Below are positions 26,318-36,073 of a stretch of DNA of 43,410 nt, piece after piece (position 1 is the first letter of the stretch; each line of letters starts with the position of its first letter). The DNA comes from Candidatus Thalassarchaeaceae archaeon (GTDB lineage Archaea; Thermoplasmatota; Poseidoniia; Poseidoniales; Thalassarchaeaceae). The notes beneath the pieces were generated by a model, which saw nothing but the letters and a program-made list of their open reading frames with translations, was not told where the DNA came from and did no database searches. Where the stretch lies: the NCBI GenBank assembly GCA_029942125.1, contig JAPYUB010000002.1:1-43410 (forward strand), read 5' to 3'. The position numbers and the translations under genes are program-made.

Positions 26318-27307
26318 ATGCCCGTACTGAACGTCGCTTTTGTTGGCTCAGAAGAATTCGCCAGAACACTGGCAAAGAAAGGAGACGTTCGCGATATTGA
26401 ATCCTATGTCCACAAAGAAGTGGTTGACGGACAAATTCGTATTCTCTCATTGTTGAGACCACTGCGCCACCCTGAACGACTTCGCCCCTTGCTCAGCGTC
26501 CTCAATGTTGCAAAAGCAGGCATTGTAGAGATTGCCAAGGTAGATGCGGCACTTGGAGAAGTACTCGTTGCTTTCGGGGCAGCCGATATCGCGATTGGAC
26601 ATGCAATCATCTCACCTGAAGAGGGTGGATGGGTCGACCCGGAACAGATCCGCGTAATCCTTGATCAGGCTGGCCTTGCAGGTTGGATATTACACGAGGA
26701 AGTACCTGATGAACATACACTCCGTAATTCGTTGCTCTCAACACTGAGTACAGGGGATGAGAATGAACCTCTGGTCATACCGATTGATCAACATTTCAAT
26801 GTCAAAGGTGTGGGTTTGGTCGCGATTGGTTACGTACAGGCAGGAACTGTTTCCAAACATGATGAGATTCACGTGCTTCCAGCTCAGGAGAATGGCATCG
26901 CACGTAGTTTGCAGGTCATGGATGATGATGTAGAACAAAGCATCGCTGGGGATAGAGTGGGTGTGGCTCTTCGCAATATAAGAGAGGAAGCCCTTCATCG
27001 GGGTTGCATATTGACACATGTGGATGGGGATGCTTTGGTCTGTCACAACAGTTCGAAATTCCTCCTGTCTCCTGCCCCATTTCAAAAACGTCTACTCTCA
27101 AAAGGAGATGTTGTTCACGCAGCGGTTGATTTGCAATTCCAAGTAGGGCGGATAACCGAGATAGATCCGACAACATGCTATATTACAGTTGAATGGGAAC
27201 AACCACTTTGGATTCAAAAACGAGAGGCTGCACCTATAATTATAGTCCAATTGGATGCCGGAAATATGCGTATTATGGGTGTTGGACAAAGCATCGTGCC
27301 CGCGTGA
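26318..27307 (+). CDS. EF-Tu/SelB-like protein with a degenerate GTPase P-loop
   Basis: The EF-Tu domain-2 signature is PLVIPIDQHFNVKGVGLVAIGYVQAGTVSKHDEIHVLP...IAGDRVGVALRNI. The N-terminus reads VAFVGSEEFARTLAKKG instead of GHVDHGKT. I set the start at ATG 26318, after the thioesterase stop. Confidence 0.55.
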   Translation: MPVLNVAFVGSEEFARTLAKKGDVRDIESYVHKEVVDGQIRILSLLRPLRHPERLRPLLSVLNVAKAGIVEIAKVDAALGEVLVAFGAADIAIGHAIISPEEGGWVDPEQIRVILDQAGLAGWILHEEVPDEHTLRNSLLSTLSTGDENEPLVIPIDQHFNVKGVGLVAIGYVQAGTVSKHDEIHVLPAQENGIARSLQVMDDDVEQSIAGDRVGVALRNIREEALHRGCILTHVDGDALVCHNSSKFLLSPAPFQKRLLSKGDVVHAAVDLQFQVGRITEIDPTTCYITVEWEQPLWIQKREAAPIIIVQLDAGNMRIMGVGQSIVPA

Positions 27308-27389
27308 GAGTAAGACCACTAAATTGTGGGTCTTAAGGTGATGATTGCCAATAAACTGTATAAGCAGCAAGTTGCGCTGACGTTCTGGG

Positions 27390-29222
27390 ATGCATCAACA
27401 GGAGGGACCTTTTGGGGTTCAGCCTGAGCAGCGTGGGAACGAAATCCTCGCAACGTTCAGGCTGGCCGGAGTAGGCGGAGGCATCAAGGGTCTCTTGAAC
27501 GAAAAATCGCTCCTCTTAGAACGTCGTGACGGAAAGGGTCTTCGTCTCGACATCAATACAATTCGACGTGTTCGCCACCACCATATTCCTGTGATACCTC
27601 AGGGTTTGACATGGATGGGATTCATCACACTGATTCTGGCGGCAAGGGTGCTCTCAGGTCCGATTCAGCTCTATGCTCTTGGAATTGGAGCGTTCACCAT
27701 ATTCGGATGGTTGTTGGGACGTAGACCAACTCTTTGTATCGATACGAAACAAGGTGACCGACACATCCTACATGGTCCAGATAGCCTGCTATTACGAACT
27801 CAAATGATGATTAATCGTCTCTGTGAAGGAAAGACATTGGAAGAAGCGAGAGAAGGATTGGACGAGATTCAACTCAATCCAAATTTCCCCTCGATTTCAC
27901 CATTGGAAGCAGTCAAAGTTGAGGCCGCAGCCATTCAAGCAGAACGTGTTGAAGAGGCTGAGCTTTTGCCGGAGATTGGAATCTTCGATGAAGCTGATTT
28001 AGAGCAAGCACTCAAGGCAATGTATCATGGGGGCGCAGGAGAAATTCCGCAACCCATGTCTACTGAAACCGCATCAACTGTCAATTCATTGCCTCCGACT
28101 GAATCATTCCCTACGGACAGCCCAGCAGATCAAGCAGGCCGGGGATTGTTGGATCGGGCTAGAGATTCATTGCAGGCTGTTCGTTCTGAGAGTGATGAAT
28201 GGAATCAACAGCAGAAACTCGATAGTTGGTCAAGGCCTTGGGAACAACCAGTAGTTGAAAATACAGTCAGTCAACCTTCGGGCGATTCCGCCTATGAACG
28301 AACCTGGGGCAGGGACGAACCCCAATGGTATAACGAAAAACAATCTGCTCAGGAAACGCGAATCCAGTCGGCCCTTTCTGAGGCAAAAGAGGAAGGAGGT
28401 GGGTTCTTCTCTGGATCAATGTTCGACGACCCAACGCCATCTCAGACAACTGAATCCGGAATCTTTGGGAATTTGTTCGATTCTCCAGCCCCTTCACCCA
28501 CACCTCAGCCTGTTGCAAACCCCAGGCCTAACCCCACGTGGTCGGGCCAAGCCATTCGAGAGGCAATGCCTACATCCAGTGCGCTTGCAACAACTCTTCC
28601 TGAACCGACCCTGCATGCACTGCGTGAAGAGTGTACTCCTGGTGTGGTCGCAGCGGCTCGAGTTGCAATTCCGGAGCCTGAACCACAAGCAACCTCTGTC
28701 AGCCAACACAATCTTGAGGAATTCCCGGCCCTTGGTGCATTGCTGAGAAACTCACCGAAGAAACGGCTACGTAGCTCAATTCCACCCAAAGAAGGACGAT
28801 TCGCGAAACTAGTGAGTGCGCTAATTCGAACGAATGCCAAGCCCATCAGAAAGGCGGTGCGACCTGTAAGAATCGAGGGGGATGATTATGCAGAAATTTA
28901 TGGCGATGATGATGGATTCGGTGATGGACAATATCGTGAACTCTCACTTCGCTCAGGTCAAATTCTTCGCCTTCGGGCAGATCAAGATCATCAAGCCGAA
29001 GTTGCGGAACGAATCAGAACGCTTTCGAAGTCTTCCGGCGGTGCCTTGGCTGATGATGATGCGGATGCTCTCATCGAACGCCTATCGGCTAGCGGGGATC
29101 TTGCCCCCATTGCCAATTTACTCAAGGTGGCTGATTCAAAGCAACTTTCCTTCGGACAACTTGCGAGTACTTCGCCACCTAAGGAAGCGCCCGGCCATCA
29201 CGGAATCGCTAGACTCGGCTGA
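27390..29222 (+). CDS. Hypothetical membrane protein with a long Pro/Glu/Ser-rich disordered region
   Basis: 610-aa ORF with an ATG start. Two hydrophobic helices lie at aa ~75-115 (WMGFITLILAARVL, LYALGIGAFTIFGWLLG). The rest is low-complexity sequence with no recognisable catalytic motif. Confidence 0.6.
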   Translation: MHQQEGPFGVQPEQRGNEILATFRLAGVGGGIKGLLNEKSLLLERRDGKGLRLDINTIRRVRHHHIPVIPQGLTWMGFITLILAARVLSGPIQLYALGIGAFTIFGWLLGRRPTLCIDTKQGDRHILHGPDSLLLRTQMMINRLCEGKTLEEAREGLDEIQLNPNFPSISPLEAVKVEAAAIQAERVEEAELLPEIGIFDEADLEQALKAMYHGGAGEIPQPMSTETASTVNSLPPTESFPTDSPADQAGRGLLDRARDSLQAVRSESDEWNQQQKLDSWSRPWEQPVVENTVSQPSGDSAYERTWGRDEPQWYNEKQSAQETRIQSALSEAKEEGGGFFSGSMFDDPTPSQTTESGIFGNLFDSPAPSPTPQPVANPRPNPTWSGQAIREAMPTSSALATTLPEPTLHALREECTPGVVAAARVAIPEPEPQATSVSQHNLEEFPALGALLRNSPKKRLRSSIPPKEGRFAKLVSALIRTNAKPIRKAVRPVRIEGDDYAEIYGDDDGFGDGQYRELSLRSGQILRLRADQDHQAEVAERIRTLSKSSGGALADDDADALIERLSASGDLAPIANLLKVADSKQLSFGQLASTSPPKEAPGHHGIARLG

Positions 29223-30197
29223 TTAAATCAACCCGACCATGCGCCGATAAGCATCCAATCTGGCATGGTATTCACCTCGGTCCAATCCAATCAAGGCATC
29301 CGTACCGAAAGCAGAAATCGTGAATGATGCGGTCACCGTAGCATGCACCAGTGCATTGTGCAATTCATCATAAGACGGTTGAATATCCTCTGATTCGGAC
29401 AGGAATGTCAGCAATGTTCCGGCGAATGAATCACCACATCCAGTTGGATCAACAATGTCAGATGTAGGGAACGCAGGAAGGGTCATGAGACCATTGTCTG
29501 TAATCGCGACACTACCATGTTCGCCCTTTTTGATGATGAGAATCGAAGGACCAGGTCCAGCCTCAGTGCCTCCGGTGAGGGCGCTACCATCACGAATCGA
29601 GTTGCCGGCTCGAATCAGATTTTCATCCTTTGCAATCATTCGAACCTCCGAGTCATTTAGAATAGCTAAATTCACACGCCTCAATACACCTGATAGTTCC
29701 TCAAACGCGATGTTAATCCAAAGATCCATTGAATCTAAGGCAATGAATTTCGCCCCTTCGCACTGATTCAGAACGTGAGATTGAATCGAGGGGTGATTGT
29801 TTGCTAAGAAGAGGACGCGAGGCGACCACCAAGCGGCTGGAACTTTGGGTTCGTATCCATCGAGAACGTTCTGTTGTGTTTCGATGGTGATGGCCTGCCC
29901 CATATCTCCTTCATATCGACCATGCCAACGGAATGTTCGGCCACCTTCAATAATCTCGACGCCGTCAAGGTTGAGACCAACTTCACGAAGAAGATTGGAA
30001 TCATCTTCCAGGAAATCGTCTCCAACAGCACAGACTAAACCAACGGGAAGCGTTCCACCGGGGTCTAATCTTCGACTAGCATGAAAGGCCGCAGCAATAC
30101 CAGCAAATGTTCCAGAACCACCCAATGAATTGGTGACGTTGCCTACTTCCGTCTCAAGGTCATCATACGCGAGGCTTCCAACAATGACGATGTCCAT
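29223..30197 (-). CDS. PfkB-family carbohydrate/nucleoside kinase
   Basis: The N-terminal motif is LGGSGTFAGIAAA and the C-terminal anion-hole motif is DPTGCGDSFAG. The ATG lies 4 nt after the upstream stop, with GGTGA upstream. Confidence 0.8.
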   Translation of the reverse strand: MDIVIVGSLAYDDLETEVGNVTNSLGGSGTFAGIAAAFHASRRLDPGGTLPVGLVCAVGDDFLEDDSNLLREVGLNLDGVEIIEGGRTFRWHGRYEGDMGQAITIETQQNVLDGYEPKVPAAWWSPRVLFLANNHPSIQSHVLNQCEGAKFIALDSMDLWINIAFEELSGVLRRVNLAILNDSEVRMIAKDENLIRAGNSIRDGSALTGGTEAGPGPSILIIKKGEHGSVAITDNGLMTLPAFPTSDIVDPTGCGDSFAGTLLTFLSESEDIQPSYDELHNALVHATVTASFTISAFGTDALIGLDRGEYHARLDAYRRMVGLI

Positions 30198-30201
30198 GAT
30201 C

Positions 30202-31539
30202 TCACCCTAGCAGGTTGGGATGGTTCTCTAGATATTGAATTGTCACATCGCGTGCGATGAAATCCGGTTCATCCAAGATGGCCTGATGCAATGGGATTAC
30301 AGTTTCAACTCCAATGAGTGTTGTCTCAAACAAGGCGGCCTTCATCTTCGCAATCGCTTCATCGCGATTCTGACCCCAAACGATGAGTTTCGCGAGAAGT
30401 GAGTCAAAACAACCGGGCATTTCGTAACCGATGTGAGCGTGCGTATCAACCCTGACCCCTCTGCCACCGGGGAAATGGCAATCCCACAGTTTCCCGGGCG
30501 ATGGAACGAAATTATTCGGATTTTCTGCATTCAGCCGGCATTGGATGGCATGTCCTGAAAATTGGATTTCTTCTTGAGATAGGGGAAGAGCCTCGCCCGC
30601 AGCGACACGAATTCCCAATTTCACCAGATCGACTCCAGTAATCATCTCCGTAATCGTATGTTCGACTTGAACTCGAGGATTGACCTCAAGGAAGTAGAAT
30701 TTGCCGTGTTTATCTCGTAGAAATTCAAAGGTGGCCAATCCACGATACCCAACAGCACGAGCACCTTCACAAACCCTAGATCCAATTTCGGTACGTACTT
30801 CCTCAGAAAGCCAAGGACCCTCCTCAAGGAGTTTCTGATGACGTCGTTGAATCGAGCAGAAACGTTCGCCAAAGTGAATTGCATCTTCTCCATCTGCCAG
30901 AACCTGAAACTCAATATGCTGGGCCCCTTCGATGAATTTCTCAACAAAGACGCGATTGTCCCCAAATGCAGATTGGGCACGAGATTGACACAGTTTCAGA
31001 GCCGATTCAAACTCGCTGGCCTGATGGACAATCTGCATTCCAATTCCACCGCCACCTGCAGCAGCCTTGATGATGACAGGGTATCCAATCTCATCAGCCA
31101 ACTTGCTTGCTACTTGGGCATCATCAACGGCCTCGTCACTTCCCCGTGCAACGGGTAGACCAGCGGCTTCCATGGCTTTCCGGGCCTCGATTTTATCCCC
31201 CAAGAGGGAGATTACATCGGCACTTGGGCCAATGAAGGTGATGTCTTCCTCCTGACATCGCTTTACAAATGCAGCATTCTCAGCCAAGAATCCATATCCA
31301 GGGTGAATGGCTTCTGCTCCCACATCCTTTGCAGCCTGAATGACGGCTTCATAATCGAGATATGAATCCAAAGGGTTGGACCGATAAAGTGGAATGGCGT
31401 AATCCGAAAATCGAACAGGGAGAGAAAGTCGATCCTCTCTACCATGGACAATGCAAACTTCAATGCCGAGTTCTCTGAGGGCCCGACTTATTCGAAGCGC
31501 AATCTCACCTCGGTTGGCAATCAAGACGCGCTTGAACAT
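30202..31539 (-). CDS. accC: Biotin carboxylase (AccC / PycA-type ATP-grasp subunit)
   Basis: MFKRVLIANRGEIALR, AIHPGYGFLAEN, GYPVIIKAAAGGGGIGM, YFLEVNPRVQVEHTITE. I chose ATG 31539 by homology of the N-terminus. TTG 31566 and ATG 31551 are alternatives. No BCCP or carboxyltransferase gene is adjacent. Confidence 0.9.
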   Translation of the reverse strand: MFKRVLIANRGEIALRISRALRELGIEVCIVHGREDRLSLPVRFSDYAIPLYRSNPLDSYLDYEAVIQAAKDVGAEAIHPGYGFLAENAAFVKRCQEEDITFIGPSADVISLLGDKIEARKAMEAAGLPVARGSDEAVDDAQVASKLADEIGYPVIIKAAAGGGGIGMQIVHQASEFESALKLCQSRAQSAFGDNRVFVEKFIEGAQHIEFQVLADGEDAIHFGERFCSIQRRHQKLLEEGPWLSEEVRTEIGSRVCEGARAVGYRGLATFEFLRDKHGKFYFLEVNPRVQVEHTITEMITGVDLVKLGIRVAAGEALPLSQEEIQFSGHAIQCRLNAENPNNFVPSPGKLWDCHFPGGRGVRVDTHAHIGYEMPGCFDSLLAKLIVWGQNRDEAIAKMKAALFETTLIGVETVIPLHQAILDEPDFIARDVTIQYLENHPNLLG

Positions 31540-31600
31540 GAATGTCGGCATTCGCGACCGGTTCAAAGGCGTGCCGCATCCGCCTTTAGGGCGGATTCTC

Positions 31601-32971
31601 TCAGTAGACGTCGCGCAAGTAGCGCTTCTCTTCTCTCATCATAGTCTGTTCGACAAATTGCTTTGCATCTTCCTCAGAGAGTCCGCCTTGCTCAATACAG
31701 ATGTTAATCAGCGTAGAATGAACATCCCGTGCCATCCGATTCTTGTCACCGCAGACATAGAAGTAACCACCATTGTCAATCCAGTCCCAGATTTCTGCAG
31801 CATGACCAGCCATCAGATGTTGAACATAGACCTTCTCAGGACCTTCTCGAGACCATGCCAAATCGAGTTTGTCAATCGTTCCATCCTCCACGAATGCTCC
31901 GATTTCATCCCGATAAAGGAATTCGCCCTCTTCAGTCCAATCACCAAAGAATAGCCAATTTCGGCCCGTGGCACCATCCAACTTTCTCTGTTGTAAGAAT
32001 GCACGGAATGGAGCGATGCCGGTTCCTGGACCAACCATGATGATGTCTTTGGATCCATCCCCTGGGAGAATGAATGACCGGGTCGGTGACATGAATACGC
32101 GAACATTGCTTGTACCTTCAGGAACCCGATCTGCAAGATAACCAGTAGTCAATCCGGTTTTTGTTCGTCCTTGACCTTCGTATCGAACGATTGCAATAGT
32201 CAAGTGAACGGTCCCTAGTTCGAAATCAGGAGAAGATGCAATCGAATAGAGGCGTGGCTTCAAACGGTCGATTTGGTCAACGAAATCTTGGCCACTAAAT
32301 CCTAGGTGGCCAAAGTCATTGAGAACATCAATATAATCGCGAGCCCAGAGATAATCAGACATCGCTTTGTCATCAGAACTCAAGGAGTTCCACTGTTCAA
32401 AGGCTGGATCAACATTGCTCCCAATTGGGCTGAACCCATCGGGATAATCATCATCATCACCTGACCATGACCAATGCATGGTTGCTTGTCCTGAATCAAC
32501 AGATGTTCGGATACGCTTGACAATTCGAATTTCGGAGGGACCACCAATGACTTCGAATTTATTGCCAATACTGGCAACAAATTTCCTATTGGCCTGATGA
32601 ATTTCGTAATGATTAGAGAGAGCATCTAGTAGCGTAATCGCTCCAACGTGAGTTTCAACAATTTCATCAGCATCAGCGCCGAGTGCAACGATGACATCAT
32701 CCACTAATTCCGAAGAAGTGACTGGGATAATCCCCAGCGCATCTCCGGCTTTGTAGGTCAAACCTGAGTTACCCAAGTCGAATACAAAGTGACGTGTTTC
32801 CTTTTTGGAACTCTCTCCATTCAGAATGTGATTCACAGTGACCGTTGACTCGTAGGGATTCTTTGCGCTCCATTTCGCCATAGAATCACCGTGAGCCATA
32901 CCCGGATAGAGAGAGGTGATGTGGGCGCCTCGTCTTTCGTATTTCAACCAAAGGGGTAAGACGCTAGCCAT
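31601..32971 (-). CDS. CysJ / cytochrome-P450-reductase-like FAD/NADPH oxidoreductase (no flavodoxin domain)
   Basis: The FAD motif is RLYSIASS, the NADPH motif is GPGTGIAPFRAF, and the C-terminus is KRYLRDVY. The start is uncertain: ATG 32971, TTG 33004 or internal Met codons. Confidence 0.75.
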   Translation of the reverse strand: MASVLPLWLKYERRGAHITSLYPGMAHGDSMAKWSAKNPYESTVTVNHILNGESSKKETRHFVFDLGNSGLTYKAGDALGIIPVTSSELVDDVIVALGADADEIVETHVGAITLLDALSNHYEIHQANRKFVASIGNKFEVIGGPSEIRIVKRIRTSVDSGQATMHWSWSGDDDDYPDGFSPIGSNVDPAFEQWNSLSSDDKAMSDYLWARDYIDVLNDFGHLGFSGQDFVDQIDRLKPRLYSIASSPDFELGTVHLTIAIVRYEGQGRTKTGLTTGYLADRVPEGTSNVRVFMSPTRSFILPGDGSKDIIMVGPGTGIAPFRAFLQQRKLDGATGRNWLFFGDWTEEGEFLYRDEIGAFVEDGTIDKLDLAWSREGPEKVYVQHLMAGHAAEIWDWIDNGGYFYVCGDKNRMARDVHSTLINICIEQGGLSEEDAKQFVEQTMMREEKRYLRDVY

Positions 32972-33046
32972 CTTGAGTATTCTCTGCGGAAAAGCAAGGC
33001 GCAAACTTGACCTTTGTCAAATGTTTGGAGGAGTTGAGGGGAGCCA

Positions 33047-33769
33047 ATGGTAGAGATTACATTTCTTGGAACGGGGAATGCTTTCTGCCCCACCGGGCGG
33101 CTTCATTCTCTCGTACTTATCGACGGAAATATGCTGGTAGATGCACCACCGACCATCATACCTCAACTTCGTCAACATGGAATCTCACCGGCTGAAATCA
33201 CAGATTTATTCATCACGCACTGGCATGGAGATCACACCTTCGGACTACCATTTCTTCTATTGGAGCGAAAATGGATCTCTGATCGTCAAGCCGAGAATAG
33301 ATTGATGATTCATGCTCATGAGGGTGGTGAAAAAAGGCTGAATCTACTCTGTGAATTGGCTTATCCTGAATCATTGGATGACCTGTTTTGGGTCTCACAC
33401 CATACAGAGAATGGAGAAGCTCAAGGGTGGAAATTTGAGCGGTTTGAAGTTTGCCATAACCCTGCAACAGAACCACACGGCTATCGTTTTGAGAAGGATG
33501 GTTTCATACTCGTGCATTGTGGTGATTCAGGGCCGTGTGAAAACATCGAACGGCTTGCGACTGAAGCGGATGTTATGATTATTGAACTCGGCATCCCGGA
33601 TTATGTCGATAGCCCATATCATTACACGCCATCTCGGCTGACGGAATTGGCTCTAGAAAATCCAAAAACCACCTTCTTGGCAACACACAATTTTTCGAAA
33701 GGAGGGGAAACATCCGATCTACCTGAGAATGTAATTGAAGTAGAAGATGGGAATCGATTCACATTCTAA
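33047..33769 (+). CDS. Metallo-beta-lactamase fold hydrolase (RNase Z/ElaC-like small form)
   Basis: The N-terminus is ITFLGTGNAF and the HxHxDH motif is ITHWHGDHTFG. There is a strong GAGGGGAG upstream of the ATG. Confidence 0.75.
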   Translation: MVEITFLGTGNAFCPTGRLHSLVLIDGNMLVDAPPTIIPQLRQHGISPAEITDLFITHWHGDHTFGLPFLLLERKWISDRQAENRLMIHAHEGGEKRLNLLCELAYPESLDDLFWVSHHTENGEAQGWKFERFEVCHNPATEPHGYRFEKDGFILVHCGDSGPCENIERLATEADVMIIELGIPDYVDSPYHYTPSRLTELALENPKTTFLATHNFSKGGETSDLPENVIEVEDGNRFTF

Positions 33770-34219
33770 TTGTAATTATAATGTTGATTAAAATACCTTC
33801 ATTTTGAGATAAAATGGTGTGTCAATTCTCACATTATCAACTGATTCCAATTGGAATCTAGTTCTTTTGTGAGTTGAACTATGAATCTAGATGAATTCAA
33901 TTCCAATAGGATCAATCACCAGATATCATGGGGTGCCTTTGGGAAAAAGTTCTCAAATGATATCTCTTGTTTCTTCTGTGAAGGAGAATTTCCTAAATCG
34001 GGGGTATGGATGGCCTTATTGTGATAAATTCGGGGTCAAACCAATCCATTTCAGGATGAGAGAGTTATGAAAATTCATCGGCATAATCTCAATACTCCAG
34101 CGGGTGTGATGACCATGTTTAATTATCCCATACGGTCTCGGGAACATCCCTGTAGAGTTTGAAAGTCTGGGTGTTGCTCACATTGGTCTGGCTTGGGGAA
34201 AATGCGGAAGTGTTAAAAA
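33770..34219. other. Candidate chromosomal replication origin (oriC) upstream of orc1/cdc6
   Basis: This is a 450-bp non-coding spacer. An AT-rich stretch at 33770..33830 could serve as a DUE. There is a 16-bp perfect palindrome GATTCCAATTGGAATC (33843..33858) and a third ATTCCAAT copy at 33900..33907. G-string repeats AAATCGGGGGT (33995..34005) and AAATTCGGGGT (34026..34036) are also present. It is immediately adjacent to orc1/cdc6. Confidence 0.5.
33843..33858. repeat. 16-bp perfect palindrome GATTCCAATTGGAATC (ORB-core-like TTCCA..TGGAA dyad)
   Basis: Read directly from the sequence. It is its own reverse complement. Confidence 0.95.
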
Positions 34220-35467
34220 ATGAGCGAAAATCTTTTCGATAATCTTCTGCACGTGAAGAGCCTGTTCAGAGATAGACGTGCACTCAGCCATGCATTCAAT
34301 CCTCAAAAATTACCTCATCGGAGTGATGAGATTTCTGCACTTGTAAACAACCTTGTGGAAGCACTTAGAGGGCACGCGCCTTCAAACATGAATCTGTACG
34401 GTAGACCTGGATCGGGAAAGACCGCTGTAACCCGTTTCGTTTGTCGTGATTTAGAATCAAAAGGCGCAGCGGAAGGATGCAATATCAGCACCGTTGAAAT
34501 CAACTGTAGAAATATCGATACAAAATACAGAGTCCTCGCTGAAATTGGAAATAGCTTGGCCGAAGAAGGGGATGATACGATTCCCTTCACAGGGTGGCCG
34601 GCTGACAAAGTGTTTGACCGCGTGCGCGCACGTATGCAGGCACGCGGGGGCGTCCACGTTATTGTACTGGATGAAATCGATCATTTGGTCAAGAAAGGGA
34701 AAGAAGGAGATGACCTCCTGTACAGTTTGACCAGCCTGAACATTGGATTGCTTGACGGCGCATTTTGTTGCGTGATTGGAATCAGCAATGATCTTGCTTT
34801 TACTGAAATGTTAGACCCTAGAGTTCAATCACGTCTTGCTCCCATAGATGTTGTATTTTCACCGTATAATGCGGCTCAATTGGAGGATGTGTTGAGGCCT
34901 CGCGCAGACAGGGGTATCATGGATGATGCTTTGGATGAAGCAGTCATTCCGTTGTGTGCTGCCCTGGCTGCCAAAGAAGATGGAGATGCTAGAAGGGCGC
35001 TTGATTTGCTGAGAATTTCGGTTCAACAAGCGGAGCAGAGTGAGGTTCCTATGGTCGGAATTAATCATGTCAGACAAGCCCAGAATCAGCTTGAATTCGA
35101 TCAGATTACGCCAACAATTCAAAATCTACCTTTACAACAAAAATTGGTGTTATTTTCAATCATCATCAACGAGAAAAATGGGCTTTCTAATATCTCAACT
35201 GGAGAGGTTTATGGGACGTATGAATTGGCGTGTAACAATGCTAGTGAAAGACCGTTGACAAGTCGCCGAGTTTCATCACTAATCCGAGGGTTGGACATGG
35301 CGGGAATCATCACGGCCAAGACGACTAGTCGGGGACGACATGGGATGTCGAAGCGAATCAATACCTGCTTGCCTCCTTCGTTTGATGCTCTGCATGTCAT
35401 GCGTTCTGCTGAACCATTGATGGATGGTGTAGTCGATGCTCGATATCGGCTACAGAACAAACTCTAG
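34220..35467 (+). CDS. orc1: Orc1/Cdc6 replication initiator (AAA+ with C-terminal winged helix)
   Basis: Walker A is YGRPGSGKTA and Walker B is VIVLDEIDHL. It also has ISNDLAF, GDARRALDLLR (sensor 2) and a C-terminal wH segment. 415 aa. Confidence 0.9.
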   Translation: MSENLFDNLLHVKSLFRDRRALSHAFNPQKLPHRSDEISALVNNLVEALRGHAPSNMNLYGRPGSGKTAVTRFVCRDLESKGAAEGCNISTVEINCRNIDTKYRVLAEIGNSLAEEGDDTIPFTGWPADKVFDRVRARMQARGGVHVIVLDEIDHLVKKGKEGDDLLYSLTSLNIGLLDGAFCCVIGISNDLAFTEMLDPRVQSRLAPIDVVFSPYNAAQLEDVLRPRADRGIMDDALDEAVIPLCAALAAKEDGDARRALDLLRISVQQAEQSEVPMVGINHVRQAQNQLEFDQITPTIQNLPLQQKLVLFSIIINEKNGLSNISTGEVYGTYELACNNASERPLTSRRVSSLIRGLDMAGIITAKTTSRGRHGMSKRINTCLPPSFDALHVMRSAEPLMDGVVDARYRLQNKL

Positions 35468-35504
35468 AGCCGATATTCGCAGGGTGTGTTTTGCGGTAAC
35501 GGTT

Positions 35505-36062
35505 ATGACGAGAACATGGGTCGCCGAGCCAATGACCGCAGAGAATGGACATGGTGGGCGTGGGCTCTCTTCACTTGCCTTTGCCCTTGGCCTGTGGGCA
35601 ACGATTCTCGGAATCCTCAACATCACGTGCGGAATTGGAGGCTACCCTGAAAGTAAACTCAAAATTGTGTGGGCGGCATATCTCAGCGTTGGGCAACTCT
35701 ATCCTGATCTTTTCACCAGTGATATGGTCTACCGACCGATAAGTGATACCGTCTTCATGGCCCTCTCTATCGGCTTGATGGCTTGGGGTGGCCGATGCAT
35801 ACACAATTCTACGGAAGGAGGGATTGTGGCATGGCTACAGAGTGTGGCTACCTGCGATTCTTGGCTCAGCCTCATGTCTACAAAAGAAGCTGGAGGTCAA
35901 ATGACCGCAGCCATGTGGTGCATTGTTTTAGGCCTAGGATTCTACACATACCAAGGCATTGTGCATTGGAACTGGGTTGATGTAGGCGTCTACTCTGTCA
36001 CCGCTGCCCTACTCGGCTTCGGAGTTGCATTGATGTTTGCAGCCAAAGCTGAGATGGAATAA
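35505..36062 (+). CDS. Hypothetical polytopic membrane protein
   Basis: About five hydrophobic helices. I set the start at ATG 35505, after the orc1 stop; the track ORF begins at 35436 inside orc1. Confidence 0.5.
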   Translation: MTRTWVAEPMTAENGHGGRGLSSLAFALGLWATILGILNITCGIGGYPESKLKIVWAAYLSVGQLYPDLFTSDMVYRPISDTVFMALSIGLMAWGGRCIHNSTEGGIVAWLQSVATCDSWLSLMSTKEAGGQMTAAMWCIVLGLGFYTYQGIVHWNWVDVGVYSVTAALLGFGVALMFAAKAEME

Positions 36063-36073
36063 TAATTAATCTT

